A stretch of DNA of 64,000 nt, taken from NCBI GenBank assembly GCA_951406725.2, contig OX597816.1, positions 86,552,001 to 86,616,000 of the forward strand, read 5' to 3'. The first letter of the stretch is position 1. Each line of letters opens with the position of its first letter. The translations under genes were made by a program, and so were the position numbers. The notes below the pieces were generated by a model that saw only the letters and a list, made by a program, of their open reading frames with translations, was not told where the DNA came from and did no database searches. Shown here piece by piece: positions 1 through 12,994 of the stretch. The DNA is from Octopus vulgaris. Its lineage: Eukaryota.

Positions 1-69
1 AATTTACACGTGAGAATAATAAATGTTTATGTGTACATGCACGAAAGTGTAGGTAAAATTTAATTATGG

Positions 70-86
70 ATAGATACATACATATA

Positions 87-152
<66 letters not shown>

Positions 153-153
153 C

Positions 154-187
<34 letters not shown>

Positions 188-360
188 TTACATGCATACA
201 TACAGATATACATATTTATGGAAACATGTACATATATATATATATACATACACACGCATACACATACATATACGCACACATACACATATACACATGTATA
301 CACACCCGCTTATCCACGCACGAACCCATAAGTATATATATATATATATATATATATATC
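70..360. repeat. (TA)n/(CA)n compound microsatellite, representative of dozens of similar tracts in the window
   Basis: Dinucleotide runs are directly visible and give rise to the IYIYIY-type ORFs. Confidence 0.97.
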
Positions 361-1083
361 AACAATAAATTAAATAGAGAAATACAATTGGCAATCCAAT
401 CATTTATAAATATTTCAATATAATATAGTATGAATATAATACAATATACTATAAATCTAACATAAACAATTATCTTAAAAACCCTATGTCTATGGAGTAT
501 TTTTGTAATAGTGTTTGAAACTCTAAATTTATCTTCTTATTTACTATGGAATTCTGGAATTCTCCCTACGATAAATTAAGTAAACGAAGAAATTTTTTAA
601 AAAGTTTCTATTCATATTTATTACGGAATTACCCCTCCGATAAATATAAAACATTTTAAACAACTTTTTTACATCAATATCTTTAATTAAATAGAATAGT
701 TATGATATATCAAAAATATAATCATCATTACATCTTTTACATGTTTTATTACGGTTTATATATTATGTGAGACCCTGATATTAATTATATATTATTGTTG
801 TATGTTACTATAATAGCGAAGATAAATTTAGATACAAAAGAGTTTGGATTGATATTATTTGAGATATATAGATTCTACGTACCTAATTATTTTGTCCATT
901 ATAATTTTGTTGTTTTTTAATTTTCAATGTAATTGTTATGTAGTTGAATGGCTAACGCTCACGTTCATCATACTTAGGCATTTGAATTAATTTTTTACAA
1001 TCCAGCAATTCTTTCACAAAGAATTTCGTCTATCTACACGCTATGACCATGCTGTGGCCATATAAATGCGGGAATTGAATAGC

Positions 1084-1118
<35 letters not shown>

Positions 1119-1238
1119 AGAGTAAGTATGTATGTGTGTATGTATGTATGTATGTATGTATGTATGTATGTATATACAGGCGCGTACGTACAATAGCACA
1201 CTAGCGCACAAATGCACCCATATACGGAGACATATGGA

Positions 1239-1311
1239 TCTTCTGCTATAGCCTCGGCCGAACAAAGCCTTGTGAGTGGATTTGGTGGACGGAGGCTGAA
1301 GGAATCCCGTC

Positions 1312-1366
<55 letters not shown>

Positions 1367-1591
1367 GTGTGTGTGTGTGTGTGTGTGTATGTTTGTGTGT
1401 TGTGTTAGCTCCCTCTCTCAACATCGTTTGACAACCGATTTAGCGGTTCGGCAAAAGAGACTCATAGAATAAGTACTAGGCTTAGAAAGAATAAGTCCTG
1501 GGGCCGATTTCCTCGACAAAAGGCCTAAAGGCGGTGCTCCAGCATAGCCACAGTCAAATAACTGAAACAAGTAAATGAAAATGAAATGAAG
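1239..1591 (+). mobile_element. tRNA-derived SINE family A, 5'-truncated, with internal (TA)n(GT)n
   Basis: Matches the copies at 44471 and 58101: tcttctgctatagcctcggccg...ccttgtgagtggatttggt...ttagcggttcggcaaaagaga, with tail ggcggtgctccagcatagccacagtcaaataactgaaacaagtaaa. Confidence 0.9.
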
Positions 1592-1633
1592 AAATGAATA
1601 TATATATATACACAATTATGCACATATTCACAC

Positions 1634-1684
<51 letters not shown>

Positions 1685-2284
1685 TACACATGTCTATATA
1701 CATGTACGAAAATACACACACATATGTCTTCACATACATATTCATGTCGTAATACATGTACATATATACACATACATTCACACACATATATATTGACAGA
1801 CATACATCTACATATATATCTACGCGTATATTTATGCATACTCACATATATCTACCCATATGCACGCAGATATATACATGTATTGGCGGCTTACACACAC
1901 AGTCATACATGTGTATATGTATACATACATATATTCATGCATATATACATATATGTGTGTATACAATAGGTATTAATATGCTGTTAATATATATTAATGT
2001 GCTTATAAAGTAAATTTTGGAATAATAGTCCAACAGTTATGAATGTTACCAAGAGTGTATTTCAAATGTTGCTGAAAGGTTACTAATGATATGTAAAGGT
2101 GGTTACATAATTGGCGTAATGGTTGCAAAATTATGTTAAATTGAGGTGTAATGGATGTAGATATAAATATTATAGGTAGTATAGTTAAGTGAGAGTTAGG
2201 GAGGAAGGTCATTTATACCAGTAGAGCTAACGAGTTAAAGTGATTATACAAATATTTCAGTGGGAGTGATAAGTCAATTACTTG

Positions 2285-3150
2285 TATTTGGAAAATACAT
2301 ATTTTCCTGTGTGAACAGAAGAAATATTTTTCTCATTTCTTAAGTTAAATCGAGTATTCCTAGATGTAATGAGGAAGAACGCTTCCGTGATATAAGGATG
2401 ACATGTTTTGTTGTTAACTTTATAAGCCGGTGCGGAAGCAATGATATACCATTTGATTTTAAATTCAATATTATTATCTTATAATTCCCATATCAATTTA
2501 CTTAATCCAGTGGATTTGGTTTTCTGATTATTCTTAAAAGTTTGAAGATGGTTAGCCATCCGAATCTTAGCCGTATTATCAATCGAGCCAATATAAAAAT
2601 ACCTTATACCCTGAGCTATAAAGTGCATTGGTACACTATTTTTTTAACTTTTACATGAATTCTTAATATTGCAATTAATTTTAACACTGCAGTCACAATT
2701 TTCATAACTATTATGTGTGAATCTATTAGAAGTGGTATTAATTGCGCTAGTATGGCCTATTATGGTTTCCTTATTAGGATTTATATGAACAGCATTATTA
2801 AGGTTATTGGTGTTTGGGAGATATAATCTACGTTTGGGGGAATTAGTAGAATTATTGTTATGGGCATTTCTATTGGTGTAGAATTTTTTCAATTTTCTTT
2901 TGTGAATTGATGATATAATTGTAAATAAGTTAGGAGTTAGGCTAAACCAATCAAGACAGTTTTGTGGTTTATGATTTCACTGTATCTATTATCAATGTTA
3001 AAGTATTTGTGAATAATTTTAAATATAGATTTAATGTTATTTTTAATCTGAATTGCATAAGGAATTATTAACTAAATTTTATTAGATTTTTCAGGATGAT
3101 TGTGATTTACAGGTATGTTATAATCCCTTTTAGATTTTTAGAGTAAATGA
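2285..3150 (-). mobile_element. Decayed Penelope-like element: linker plus GIY-YIG endonuclease
   Basis: Minus-strand translation with stops and frameshifts: IPYAIQIKNNIKSIFKIIHKYF...TPNLFTIISSIHKRK; ENCDCSVKINCNIKNSC..IVYQC; YFYIGSIDNTAKIRMANHLQTFKNNQKTKSTGLSKLIWEL*DNNIEFKIKWYIIASAPAYKVNNKTC...FNLRNE. This is the PLE GIY-YIG pattern. Confidence 0.85.
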
Positions 3151-6100
3151 GATAAGTATGTGGTTTGATATTATTATTTATCAGAGCCTTATGTGGATTA
3201 GAAGTGGTGCTGGCTTGGGAGGTGATTAATTGATTATTCATATCAATATGTTTATTGATTAAACTTGTATCATTGTGGAGATCATTATAATTGTAAATTG
3301 ATTATTCTTTATTTATCTTTGGTTCATGAGATAATCTAATATTGTTTTTTCTAATATTACGCTTACTAGTATTAGATTGATTTGAAATGGTTTGGGTTTG
3401 TTATCGTTACCAATTCCTTCTTTATATGTAGTTGGGTTACTAGTTATATGCTTAATTGTAACTGTATGACTAGCTATCGTGGGATTATAAAATTTACTAG
3501 TAATACATTTTGCTTCTAATTAGTTGTTAGGTTGATGATATTTATTCTATCCCTGTATCCAGCGTTTCCTAAACCTATGTTGTAGTGACACGCGAAGATA
3601 AATAGGTGAGTCTCTTACCTATGTTAGAATGCCTTTTTAAATGTTCTTGGATGGCTACACACACACGCACATATATATATACATATGGTTCTGTACCCAT
3701 ATATGCATATATATATATTATTTATATTATATATAGATATATACACACATAGATATATGTGTGTGTATGTATGCGTATATAAACGATATATACATATATA
3801 TATGCACACATATATTCATATACATATACAAATATATAAGTATATATATATATATATACATAGATATAATGCAGCTAAATATGATTCTAAATTTGCAACT
3901 TCAAATAATAACAGCTTATATTCTACGACAGGACTAGCCATGAGCAACAAGACTGGAAATGAAGAAAATAGTTAATATTAGCTGAAAGAATACGTAAGTA
4001 GGTTTTGATTTATTTGTGGTGGAAATTAATTAAATGATGATCAGAATCAAACAATTAAAGATAATGAAATAAATTCAAATTAAGCTAAAATTTAAAGTAA
4101 TGACTGAAGTATTTATGTGACATATTAATGAAATGATATGTTTTATTTATTTTTGGATAAATGCGTTTACAAAATAAAAAAATCAAAATCATTTTAAAAC
4201 AGTCAAACGCAAGTCTGATAAAAAGCGATGGAAGATAAATGATAATTATAATAATTCAACAGAGTGGAAGAAAGTGAGTTATCACCAGCATCTTAGGGGT
4301 AGTGATTGGCAGTAGGAATTAAGACAATTAAAATCATTAAAATTAAAATCAATCAGTATATTATAATTGAAGAACGAAGCGGAGTGATATATTTTTTATG
4401 CTTCTAATCTTAGAAAGAACCGCAACTACAAAACTGCCGGTAGGCATTGAAAAACGTTTGAATGTTAAAACCACCAAACTGGTTTTCTATATAACATTTT
4501 GGCTTACTTCCTATGATTTTTAATTTTTCTTCCTTGCCTGTGTGTGTGTGTGTATTGTGTACGCGCGCGAATTTCTTTATAAAATTTATAAACTCAGCTG
4601 CAGTTGTATTTTTTTCATGTTTTTAGTAATTTGCAGGTATACATGTTAATAACTTACTCGTGACACACTTTCCTATATCTATTGTTTTTTTATTGAATTT
4701 TCTTCTTTCTAATATGTTTTAATTATTTTTATATTAATAATTTGTTTCTGTTTAACTAGGCAAAAATGTGTTGTGCTGCGGTGAATCGCAGTTGAATACT
4801 GGACGAGACGCTTAATAATCTTAACCATCCTGCGTAGTATCTGCTTCTTCATTTTTTTTTTTTTGCACTTCATGAAGTGTTTAGAAAGTCGAACCTAAAA
4901 TACTCCCTCTGCTTTGATAAAATTTCAACAAGATTTTCCCCAAAAAAAAACAACGTTTTAAAAGTAAAATACACATTGAAGACTGTAGTGCTAGATACCA
5001 TAATAATAATGATGGGATTGTATCTCGTTACTTGTTTAAATGAACAAGAATGATATATGGTAAAATATTATTTAAGGCTTGTTTTCTACGTGCAAAATAT
5101 GAGCAGGCTAGTTTAATGATCAATTTTAGTTTTCTCTTTCCCCCTCTTCATATTATATCTGTGCTAGTGCTAAGCACCGTTACATTAATCACCTTTAATC
5201 TATCCGTTTCTCATTCTCAGGTCCCTTGTCAATGCTATATAACATTACTTCATCATACTGAGATGACATACCTGTTTCAGTAGGTTACAATATTTAGTTT
5301 CATCTTTCTGCTTACGTAGTTCAAACATCTCAGACCATTTACATTTCGTCCTATATATAGTACGCTGCAATCTTTTTTCTGTAAGATACGTGACTTATAT
5401 ATACTCAACATGTACATGTATGTGTAAAAAGCCACTGCTCATATTTTGCAAAGAGAATAGATTTTGTGTATAATTTACAGTAAGATGAAAGTATTAAATA
5501 CCTAGTATACTAGTGATTTTATGTACTTCGTAGACCGTATGAAACGTTCTGAGCACAAATATATAACTTTCCTTTCTACTGAATCAAATGTTTTTATCTA
5601 CAAAACTTTTGCGTTTTACTAGAGTCAATAGAAGATATTACTGAATTGTACAGGATGACGTGTGGAGCGCAGCCATAGTGCATCCTATTATCTTATATAT
5701 AATAAATATACCCTCACCCACAATAAGTATCTCCTAAGGTAAGAGTCAAAATTTAAATTCTTTGGCCAATAGCTAAGTAAAATATTTTATGTTTAAATTA
5801 AAATAGCTGAGATTAAGCACTTTATTGAAAAGTATATTCTGTACGCGTTATAAGAAAGAAATGTTATTAATTTATTCTCACATCTAACATTTACTGGTTA
5901 AGTTCATCAATTCCAGCAATTTCAGGTAACAGTCTGATAGGAATTTAAACATAGTTTCTATTGTTATAAAGCAAAACTATGTCTTCAAGTTTGGAGATAC
6001 CAGGAATGTCTTATCGATTCTCAGATAAATACTTAAAATTTCAATTCAGTTCGAGTTTATATATTTTTATGGAAACGTCAGTTGTGTTTTATAATATGTA

Positions 6101-7046
6101 TTGTAGAAATGTAAAGATAATGGTGGAGTATACAAAGTACACCCACACAGCACCAACTACATCATGTGCCTTAACGTTACGATTACATAATATATTTTAA
6201 CTTTTGAAAAAAATTGTAAAAAATGGTGATAATATCAGGCCCGTCAATGCATTTAATTCGTTTCATTATTGTATGTAGTTTTTTAACAATATCAGAAAGT
6301 ATCTTTGTATGGAAATAATAAAACAAATAGTTATTAAGTATAAATAAAGCATTTTAAACTTTATGAATTAAAATATACGATTTCTTTGTTTTCAGAAAAA
6401 ATGTTTCTGCATATATACGAAGTGGCAATGAAAAGAAGTAAAAGTGTCATTCGTTTAAGAATCATGAGGATGTGTTTTATTGTTCAATCATCAAAAAGCT
6501 AAGAATAACAACATTGTAAATGATAATAAAAAATAATGATATATATGTTAGGCAATCTTAAAATAAAACCATACTTGTTTTGTGTGTTTTTGCAATTATA
6601 AAATATAAATTAAAGTCCTGTATTCTTTGTCAGGCATCTCATCTTCAAAGTTCAGTAATAATTGATGGTGTCAAAGAGTTACTGGCCACGTATATTCAAT
6701 GTTAATTTTTCTTCATCACTAAAGTTCTTGCTAGAAGAAATCAGCAATAAGCAACAATCAGTGGAATCGTTAAAATGTAGAAATATTCTTTTGAAAACGC
6801 TTGCAATTTCTTTGCCTTAATTTCCGGAATCAGTACATTTTTCATGACTTGAAAGACACACAATTATAAAATCTTATGAATATTATTCGTGGAGCAATTT
6901 CCGAGCCGAGTAATGAGAACTGCGACCGCATTTATTTATTTGTTTTCTCTAATTCCGTAATAATTTTTAAAAAATTTATATATAAAGAATAAATTTTTAT
7001 ATAAGCCTTACAAAAACACAAGCATATACACACGTACCCCACTTCT

Positions 7047-7113
<67 letters not shown>

Positions 7114-7240
7114 AAAATATGTATGTGAGTATTTTCTTTTGTGTGTGTGTGCACGGGTGCGATTGTGAATATATGTGTCTGTTTATATTATATGTGAAAA
7201 ATATATATGTGTGCATAAGAAAATATACATGCATGTTTAC

Positions 7241-7392
7241 GGTCGCAGGCGTAGCTGTGTGATAAGATTCGTGGTTTCGGCTTCAGTTTAACTGCATCAT
7301 TTTGAGCAAGTATCTACTACTCTAGACCCGGACCGACACAAACATTGAGTGGTTTTGGCATCCGGAAACTGAAAGAAACCCGTCTTGCCGTA
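7241..7392 (+). mobile_element. SINE family A, degenerate 5' half
   Basis: ggtcgcaggcgtagctgtgtgataag head, then ggaaactgaaagaaacccgtc running into (TA)n. Confidence 0.75.
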
Positions 7393-7393
7393 A

Positions 7394-7456
<63 letters not shown>

Positions 7457-7480
7457 ATAGATAGATAGATAAACATACAT

Positions 7481-7523
<43 letters not shown>

Positions 7524-7601
7524 CGTATATGTATTTATATATGCGTATATATGTATATATATATATGTATGCATATATTTATATATATATGAGTGAATAT
7601 A

Positions 7602-8114
7602 TCTATTATATAAAATCCGTTCGGTCTGTGTGCGTGTGTGTCTTCTAGGATCTCGGGCATCCTCCATCCGATTGCGCTCAAATTTGATATATAGATACCG
7701 ACGGTATCAGGGCGTGAACAAATTACAAAAATCGATTCCTGGTGAGATTGATAAAGCTGTGGGAACGTGCATTTGTACGCGCATGTACATCAGCTGATGC
7801 GATCGATACTACGCGTATGCGAGAGAAATGTCCGTGCAGTTTGCGCAAAAAAGCCGCTTGGCTTGAAATAATGCCACAAAATTAAGTATATTTAAGATGC
7901 AAAAGAGATATTTCTTCAAACTTGACATAAAGGAAGGAAAGACCATTTAGTTTCTCGGGAAGTTTTTTTTTTCTTGCCTTAACTTCTTTTAATAAAACCA
8001 AAAATTAATTACTTAATTACTTAATTACTTTTTTAATGAAAAGGAAACACTGATTCCTTTTTATTCAACAGATATGATTCAGTACCTTCCATTGGACGTG
8101 GGGCGTTTTGCTCG
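7602..8114 (+). mobile_element. Non-autonomous Helitron-like element
   Basis: Begins A|TCTATTATATAAAA, has a GTCTGTGTGCGTGTG tract and ccgattgcgctcaaatttg, and ends with a weak GC hairpin (gacgtggggcgtt) and CTCG|T, a variant of CTAG|T. Confidence 0.55.
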
Positions 8115-8120
8115 TATATA

Positions 8121-8152
<32 letters not shown>

Positions 8153-8153
<1 letters not shown>

Positions 8154-8575
8154 TGCAAGCAAAGTAGATAGTTCAAAAATCTCTGTACGTGATGCAAGTA
8201 GTAACTCTACTGAAAAGTAAGGATTGTTACCACCTCAACGTGGTTGTTTCGTTCTGAACACTGATGCTACCCTTTTTGACCCCAAGATGCATCTCCTCCA
8301 GCTGGTTAACGACACACTATCCGTGTCTGTTATATCACAAACAAAGGAGCCAATAACTCCCAACCAGCTGTGACAAGAATTAATTGTCCAGCTGGTTCCT
8401 GGGTATTACCTATCCTCGATACTGGTAATACCTGCCTGCTAAACATGGGACAAAAAAGGGTAGTAACAGCGTTTTGTACGGGACAACGACGTTGAGGTGA
8501 GAAGGACCATTACACTTCAGCAGACTTGTTATTTGCATCTCGTATACAGAATTTAGAACTATCTACTTCGCTAGT

Positions 8576-8578
<3 letters not shown>
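8153..8578. mobile_element. Fold-back / MITE-like element with imperfect inverted arms of about 130 bp, flanked by (TA)n
   Basis: 8158-8285 (aagtagatagttc...cacctcaacgtggttgt...ctaccctttttg) is an imperfect reverse complement of 8445-8572 (caaaaaagggtag...acaacgacgttgaggtg...gaactatctactt). Confidence 0.8.
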
Positions 8579-8609
<31 letters not shown>

Positions 8610-8614
<5 letters not shown>

Positions 8615-8826
8615 AATGTGACCGCGTGTGTACCGTTGGCGATTTTTTTTTACTCTGTCTTCCCTTCTCTGGATATTTCCTTCTCCTATGATTCCGACGA
8701 AGAGCTCCGCTCGAAACATTAAACCCTCCTTCTTTCCTTCTTTCCTGAGCGTCCAATAATACTATATTTGTTCCACGTCCTCGCGTTGTTGTGTTCTTTT
8801 TGTGCTTTCTTGTTTGGATTAACTTT
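8610..8826 (+). mobile_element. PLE pLTR-like fragment with degenerate hammerhead
   Basis: cCGACGA-a-gagc-tcc-gctc-GAAAC at 8694-8717 (CTGANGA mutated), followed by a pyrimidine-rich tail, with (TA)n on both sides. Confidence 0.6.
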
Positions 8827-8898
8827 ATATATATATATACAACTTAGATATGTTTCGACCAAATATTGGTCTAGGCCATGTCTAACTTAACAGCACCT

Positions 8899-8951
<53 letters not shown>

Positions 8952-9059
8952 CATATATATGTATGTATATGTATGTATATATATATATATGTATATGTAC
9001 ACATATGTATATATACACGTATATATATACATGTATACACATGTGCAGATACATATAGA

Positions 9060-9104
<45 letters not shown>

Positions 9105-9489
9105 TCATATATATATACATACGTCTATACATCTGCATATGTATGTCTACATATATGTGTGTGCGTGTGTGTGTGTGTGTGTGTGTATGGGAGATAAATA
9201 TTTTGTTGGTCTTGTGAAGGAAACAGTCAGTTGCATGATCATAATTAGTTCCCGCGAAATTAAGTTAGCGCTTGAGTATTCAACATACGCTTGTATCCTC
9301 CATCATTTCAGAGAATTGTTAAACGGTGATAGCGTAACATACTGTAACGTGGCTGGAGTCTTTATTATGAGAAATGAAATACATAGAGAACCTCTAGAGC
9401 CAAAGTGAGAAGTATAAATATAGAATGAGAGAGGAAGAGGGAGGGATAGAAAGAGAGAGAGGGAGGGAGTGAGATACGTCTTGAACCTA

Positions 9490-9590
9490 AGAGGATGAAA
9501 TGCAAGTTGACCCTAGTGGGATTTGAACTCTCATACCCAGACAACCGGAACAAACACTGCAATGCTCTAAAGATTCTGAAAATTCGATAA
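9490..9590 (-). mobile_element. SINE family C, degenerate fragment
   Basis: aggatgaaatgcaagttgaccctagtgggatttgaactc is the reverse complement of the family C box-B region seen at 58868-58905. Confidence 0.6.
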
Positions 9591-9709
9591 ACAAACTGTA
9601 CTCTCTCAATTACACTTTCACGCGTGAATGTCTCTCGTACAAGAACACGCACACACATAGAGACACACACACATAAACACACACATACAAACACATACAC
9701 AGCCATATA

Positions 9710-9748
<39 letters not shown>

Positions 9749-9867
9749 TCTGGATAGTATATTATAGAATCATCATTTGTTTTAAGAAATCCTAATAGTT
9801 TACTCATCGTCAGTGAACGGTGTCATAGACGCACAACACAAGTGTGTCACAACAACAACAACAATGA

Positions 9868-9872
9868 TGATG

Positions 9873-9939
<67 letters not shown>

Positions 9940-9947
9940 TGATGATA

Positions 9948-9996
<49 letters not shown>
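9868..9996. repeat. (AAT)n microsatellite
   Basis: Direct trinucleotide run. Confidence 0.97.
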
Positions 9997-10003
<7 letters not shown>

Positions 10004-10307
10004 AAATTAAAATACAAGGAAATATATAAACAACCACCATCTCTTGACAGCAACATTATAATAAATATGTGTTTATTATACATACATCCATGCATAAGGA
10101 GAGAGAGAGAGAAAGAGAGAGAGACAGACAGACAGAGGAGACATAAAGATAGATAGCTGTGTATGTAAGTACTTTTATATATGTATATGTATGCACAGAC
10201 ACACCCACGTGCACACACACACACACACATATGCATATGTGTTTGTATATAAGATCTGAACGCCTTTTCCTCGTGAGGGGTTGGTGTAATTTTCCACTGT
10301 AATTCCT

Positions 10308-10606
10308 TTATTTCATCGAATTGCTTTTTCCTGGGTGCAGTATTGTTTCACATATTCTCAATACACCCCCTTGCCGGATATACCGGGGATAGTGATTTAG
10401 TTGTTGTAGACTCGTGTCGCAATTATGGACACCATGATCGGCAATCAATGTTCTAAATACCCATTCATATGAGAAATACTCTTCAATAAACATCGTGGGT
10501 GACGAATGTCTGTTGGGACTGTTGTTATATTTGGATTGTGAACTTGCTGCGATCAAATATTGTATGATACATAACGTCCAAAATAACTGTATTGTTCGTC
10601 ATCAAT
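10308..10606 (-). mobile_element. Highly decayed Gypsy-like integrase core fragment
   Basis: QYLIAASSQSKY...FIEEYFSYEWVFRTLIADHG...HYPRYIRQGGVLRICETI loosely fits the rve pattern YLIVVDSYSKW...FGxPxxLVSDNG...YHPxSNGQAERxVxT. Confidence 0.4.
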
Positions 10607-10612
10607 AAATCA

Positions 10613-10681
<69 letters not shown>

Positions 10682-10686
<5 letters not shown>

Positions 10687-10889
10687 TTAGAGACAAAACC
10701 ACTATTAGGCAAATCAAACAATGAAAGACTTAAGCCAATACATATGATTAATTTATATTATTTAAATATGTAACAATTATTAAAAAATATAATTAATATC
10801 CACTACGATCGTTTCCTGTCTGCTGTCTTTAAATTTTTGAGTCGCAGTCATTCATCAGGTGGTTTCAAAATTTTTGTTGGCGAGTTTTA

Positions 10890-10890
<1 letters not shown>
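10682..10890 (-). mobile_element. PLE pLTR fragment, same family as 45980-46130
   Basis: Shares attagagacaaaaccactatt...caaacaa.gaaagacttaa with 45991-46040, contains a hammerhead motif, and is embedded in (TA)n. Confidence 0.75.
10800..10862 (-). ncRNA. Minimal type I hammerhead ribozyme motif (stem II partly decayed)
   Basis: Minus strand: ccac CTGATGA atgactgc...gcagacag GAAA C GATC G TA gtgg. Stem I is ccac/gtgg, the stem III loop is palindromic, and the cleavage triplet is GUA. Confidence 0.75.
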
Positions 10891-10930
<40 letters not shown>

Positions 10931-11164
10931 TTATAGAGAGGGAGAAAGAGAGAAAGAGAGAGAGAGTTGAGTACAATATGGAGAAAAATGGCCACAGCAC
11001 TATTATTATTACGTACGGGTTATTTACTTATATTTCAGTGGCGGAAGTTATATGTTTGATCCCTAATTCAGCAGTGACTCAAATATATAGCTTTTAAACA
11101 AACACTCTAGATATGTAGGTCGATTGAACTGACCATATCAATCTTGATAGAATAGTATTAATGT

Positions 11165-11350
11165 TTGTTTCAATTTTTCACACTAGACTAGCAATTTCGG
11201 GGAAGCGGTTAAGTCGATTACAACAAACTCCAGTTGTCGAACGGCTTAAATGTAATTTTGACCTCGGCGGAAATTGAAATCAGAACGTAAAGACGGACGA
11301 AATGCCGCTAACCATTTGCCAGGCGTGCTAAAAATCTGCCAGCTCACCGC
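11165..11350 (-). mobile_element. SINE family C
   Basis: The reverse complement gcggtgagctggcaga...tttcgtccgtctttacgttctgatttcaatttccgccgaggtcaa matches the 58797 copy. Confidence 0.8.
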
Positions 11351-11535
11351 TTAACGAATACTGTTCATATTTTCATTTCAAAAGCTATTCATTCATTCTT
11401 ATATTTTATGTGCATGAAATCGTACAATCGTACTATTTTTCTGACAGAAATTGAACGAGTAAATTAAGTGAAATATAAAAGACAAACGAATAATGCTAGT
11501 CAATCAGCCTTTGTTCATCGCGAAGACTCATGTAC

Positions 11536-11578
<43 letters not shown>

Positions 11579-11781
11579 GGGTACATTTTAATTTTCCTTT
11601 ATATAGATACGTTAAAAGACGAATGTTTTGATTTTGCTTTACATGTTTCCGTTTTTGAAAAACCTTATCAGAAATTTTTACTAAAATGGAATATGTAGAG
11701 AGAAAAGAGCCATTAATAAAATTAAATTTAAATTAAAATTAAGATTAACATTCATAGTGTACTTTCCTTTTTTTTCTGCAG

Positions 11782-11829
11782 GAGCATGTGGTAATTTCCG
11801 TTATCTTTCGTGGCATGAAAAGTTGAACT
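11782..11829 (+). CDS. Candidate 48-nt phase-1/phase-1 exon (xACGNFRYLSWHEKLN) of an unidentified gene
   Basis: Strong acceptor ctttccttttttttctgcag, donor gtatgt, open frame, length divisible by 3. No family recognised. Confidence 0.25.
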
Positions 11830-11970
11830 GTATGTGACAACAAATTACTACTATATATATATGTATATACAAAAATACATGTTGATTGATAGATATGCAT
11901 ACATGTATATACATGTAACTAATCCATCATATGCGTATTTATATACATGCATATATATATATATATATAT

Positions 11971-12946
11971 AATTAAAAGAGATTTTAGAGGTTGTGAATC
12001 TAACCAGCTAAGGGATAGGATCTATCTAATATACTGCTGGTAGAATACTCAATTATTAATGCACAAGTGTTGGTTATTGCGTGGCAATTACATTACTGAG
12101 CGTAATAAATGGCGGAGGGTAAAAAGTAGTTTTACCCTTAACTTATACGGCAATAAGAAAATGGAGGGGATTCAAAGGTGGAATGCATCAACTGTTAGGC
12201 AGTTTATTATGTCAATTTATTTATTTTAAACAATTATGGGGATATATATACATGTGTAAAGATTGTGTTTTATACATATAAAAAGTACCAGTAATTTCAA
12301 GAATAGGGAAAGAAGAACAGTTTCTTAAAGCTGTTTCTGCCGAGAGATCACAGTGCCTCACATGTTATTTCTATCTTTTCAGAGTACTGTAGTGATCTGT
12401 AGGGTACTTGGGTGTGCCTCTAGTCTTCCTCAGAGCGTTTAGAAAATGGTCTAAAATTTCAGATGGCCAATTTATGATTATATATATAAATACGTAGAGG
12501 CGCAATGGCCTAGTGGTTAGGGCAGCAGACTCGCGGTCGTGGCATCACAGTTTCGATTCCCAGACCGAGCGTTTTGAGTGTTTATTGAGAGAAAACACCT
12601 AAAGTTCCACGAGGCTCCGTCAGTGGGTGGTGGCGATCTCTGCAGTAACCTTTCGCCGCAACTTTCTCTCAGTCTTTCTTCTGTTGGCCTGCTTGCTTAG
12701 CCAGCGGGGTGGCATCATTTGAAGGCTAAAACAATGCGAAGCGCCTAGTGACCAGCGATGTGTAGCAACATCTGATAGCCTGGTCGGTCACGGTGATCAC
12801 GGTGATATATAAATACACATATACACACTCACATGTATATACACACATATATATACACATATACATATACATATAAATATATACATAATAAAATGTCTAA
12901 CAGTTGATACATACCACCTTTAGATCCCGTCAATTTTCTTATTACC

Positions 12947-12951
<5 letters not shown>
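11971..12951 (-). mobile_element. PLE pLTR-derived element with inverted pLTR ends, interrupted by SINE B
   Basis: 12144-12212 is an imperfect reverse complement of 12884-12951. A minus-strand CTGAGGA...GAAAC AGCT tta hammerhead-like motif lies at 12323-12437. Confidence 0.65.
12499..12805 (+). mobile_element. tRNA-derived SINE family B, full length
   Basis: Head ggcgcaatggcctagtggttagggcagcagactcgcggtc (A box) and gtttcgattccc (B box), end ggtcacggtgatcacggtga. Homologous to 46361 and 61190. Confidence 0.92.
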
Positions 12952-12993
<42 letters not shown>

Positions 12994-12994
12994 G

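Noticed and set aside
3560-3600. hAT/Charlie-like TIR cagcgtttcctaaacct
   Set aside because: No matching second TIR, TSD or transposase found.
5272-5350. Minus-strand exon candidate starting RNVNGLRCLN (Ly6-like look)
   Set aside because: The frame hits a stop before the donor, and the acceptor is weak.
12499-12570. tRNA-like sequence (also at 46361 and 58797)
   Set aside because: It continues into a multi-copy SINE body and has no proper acceptor stem, so it is a SINE head rather than a tRNA gene.
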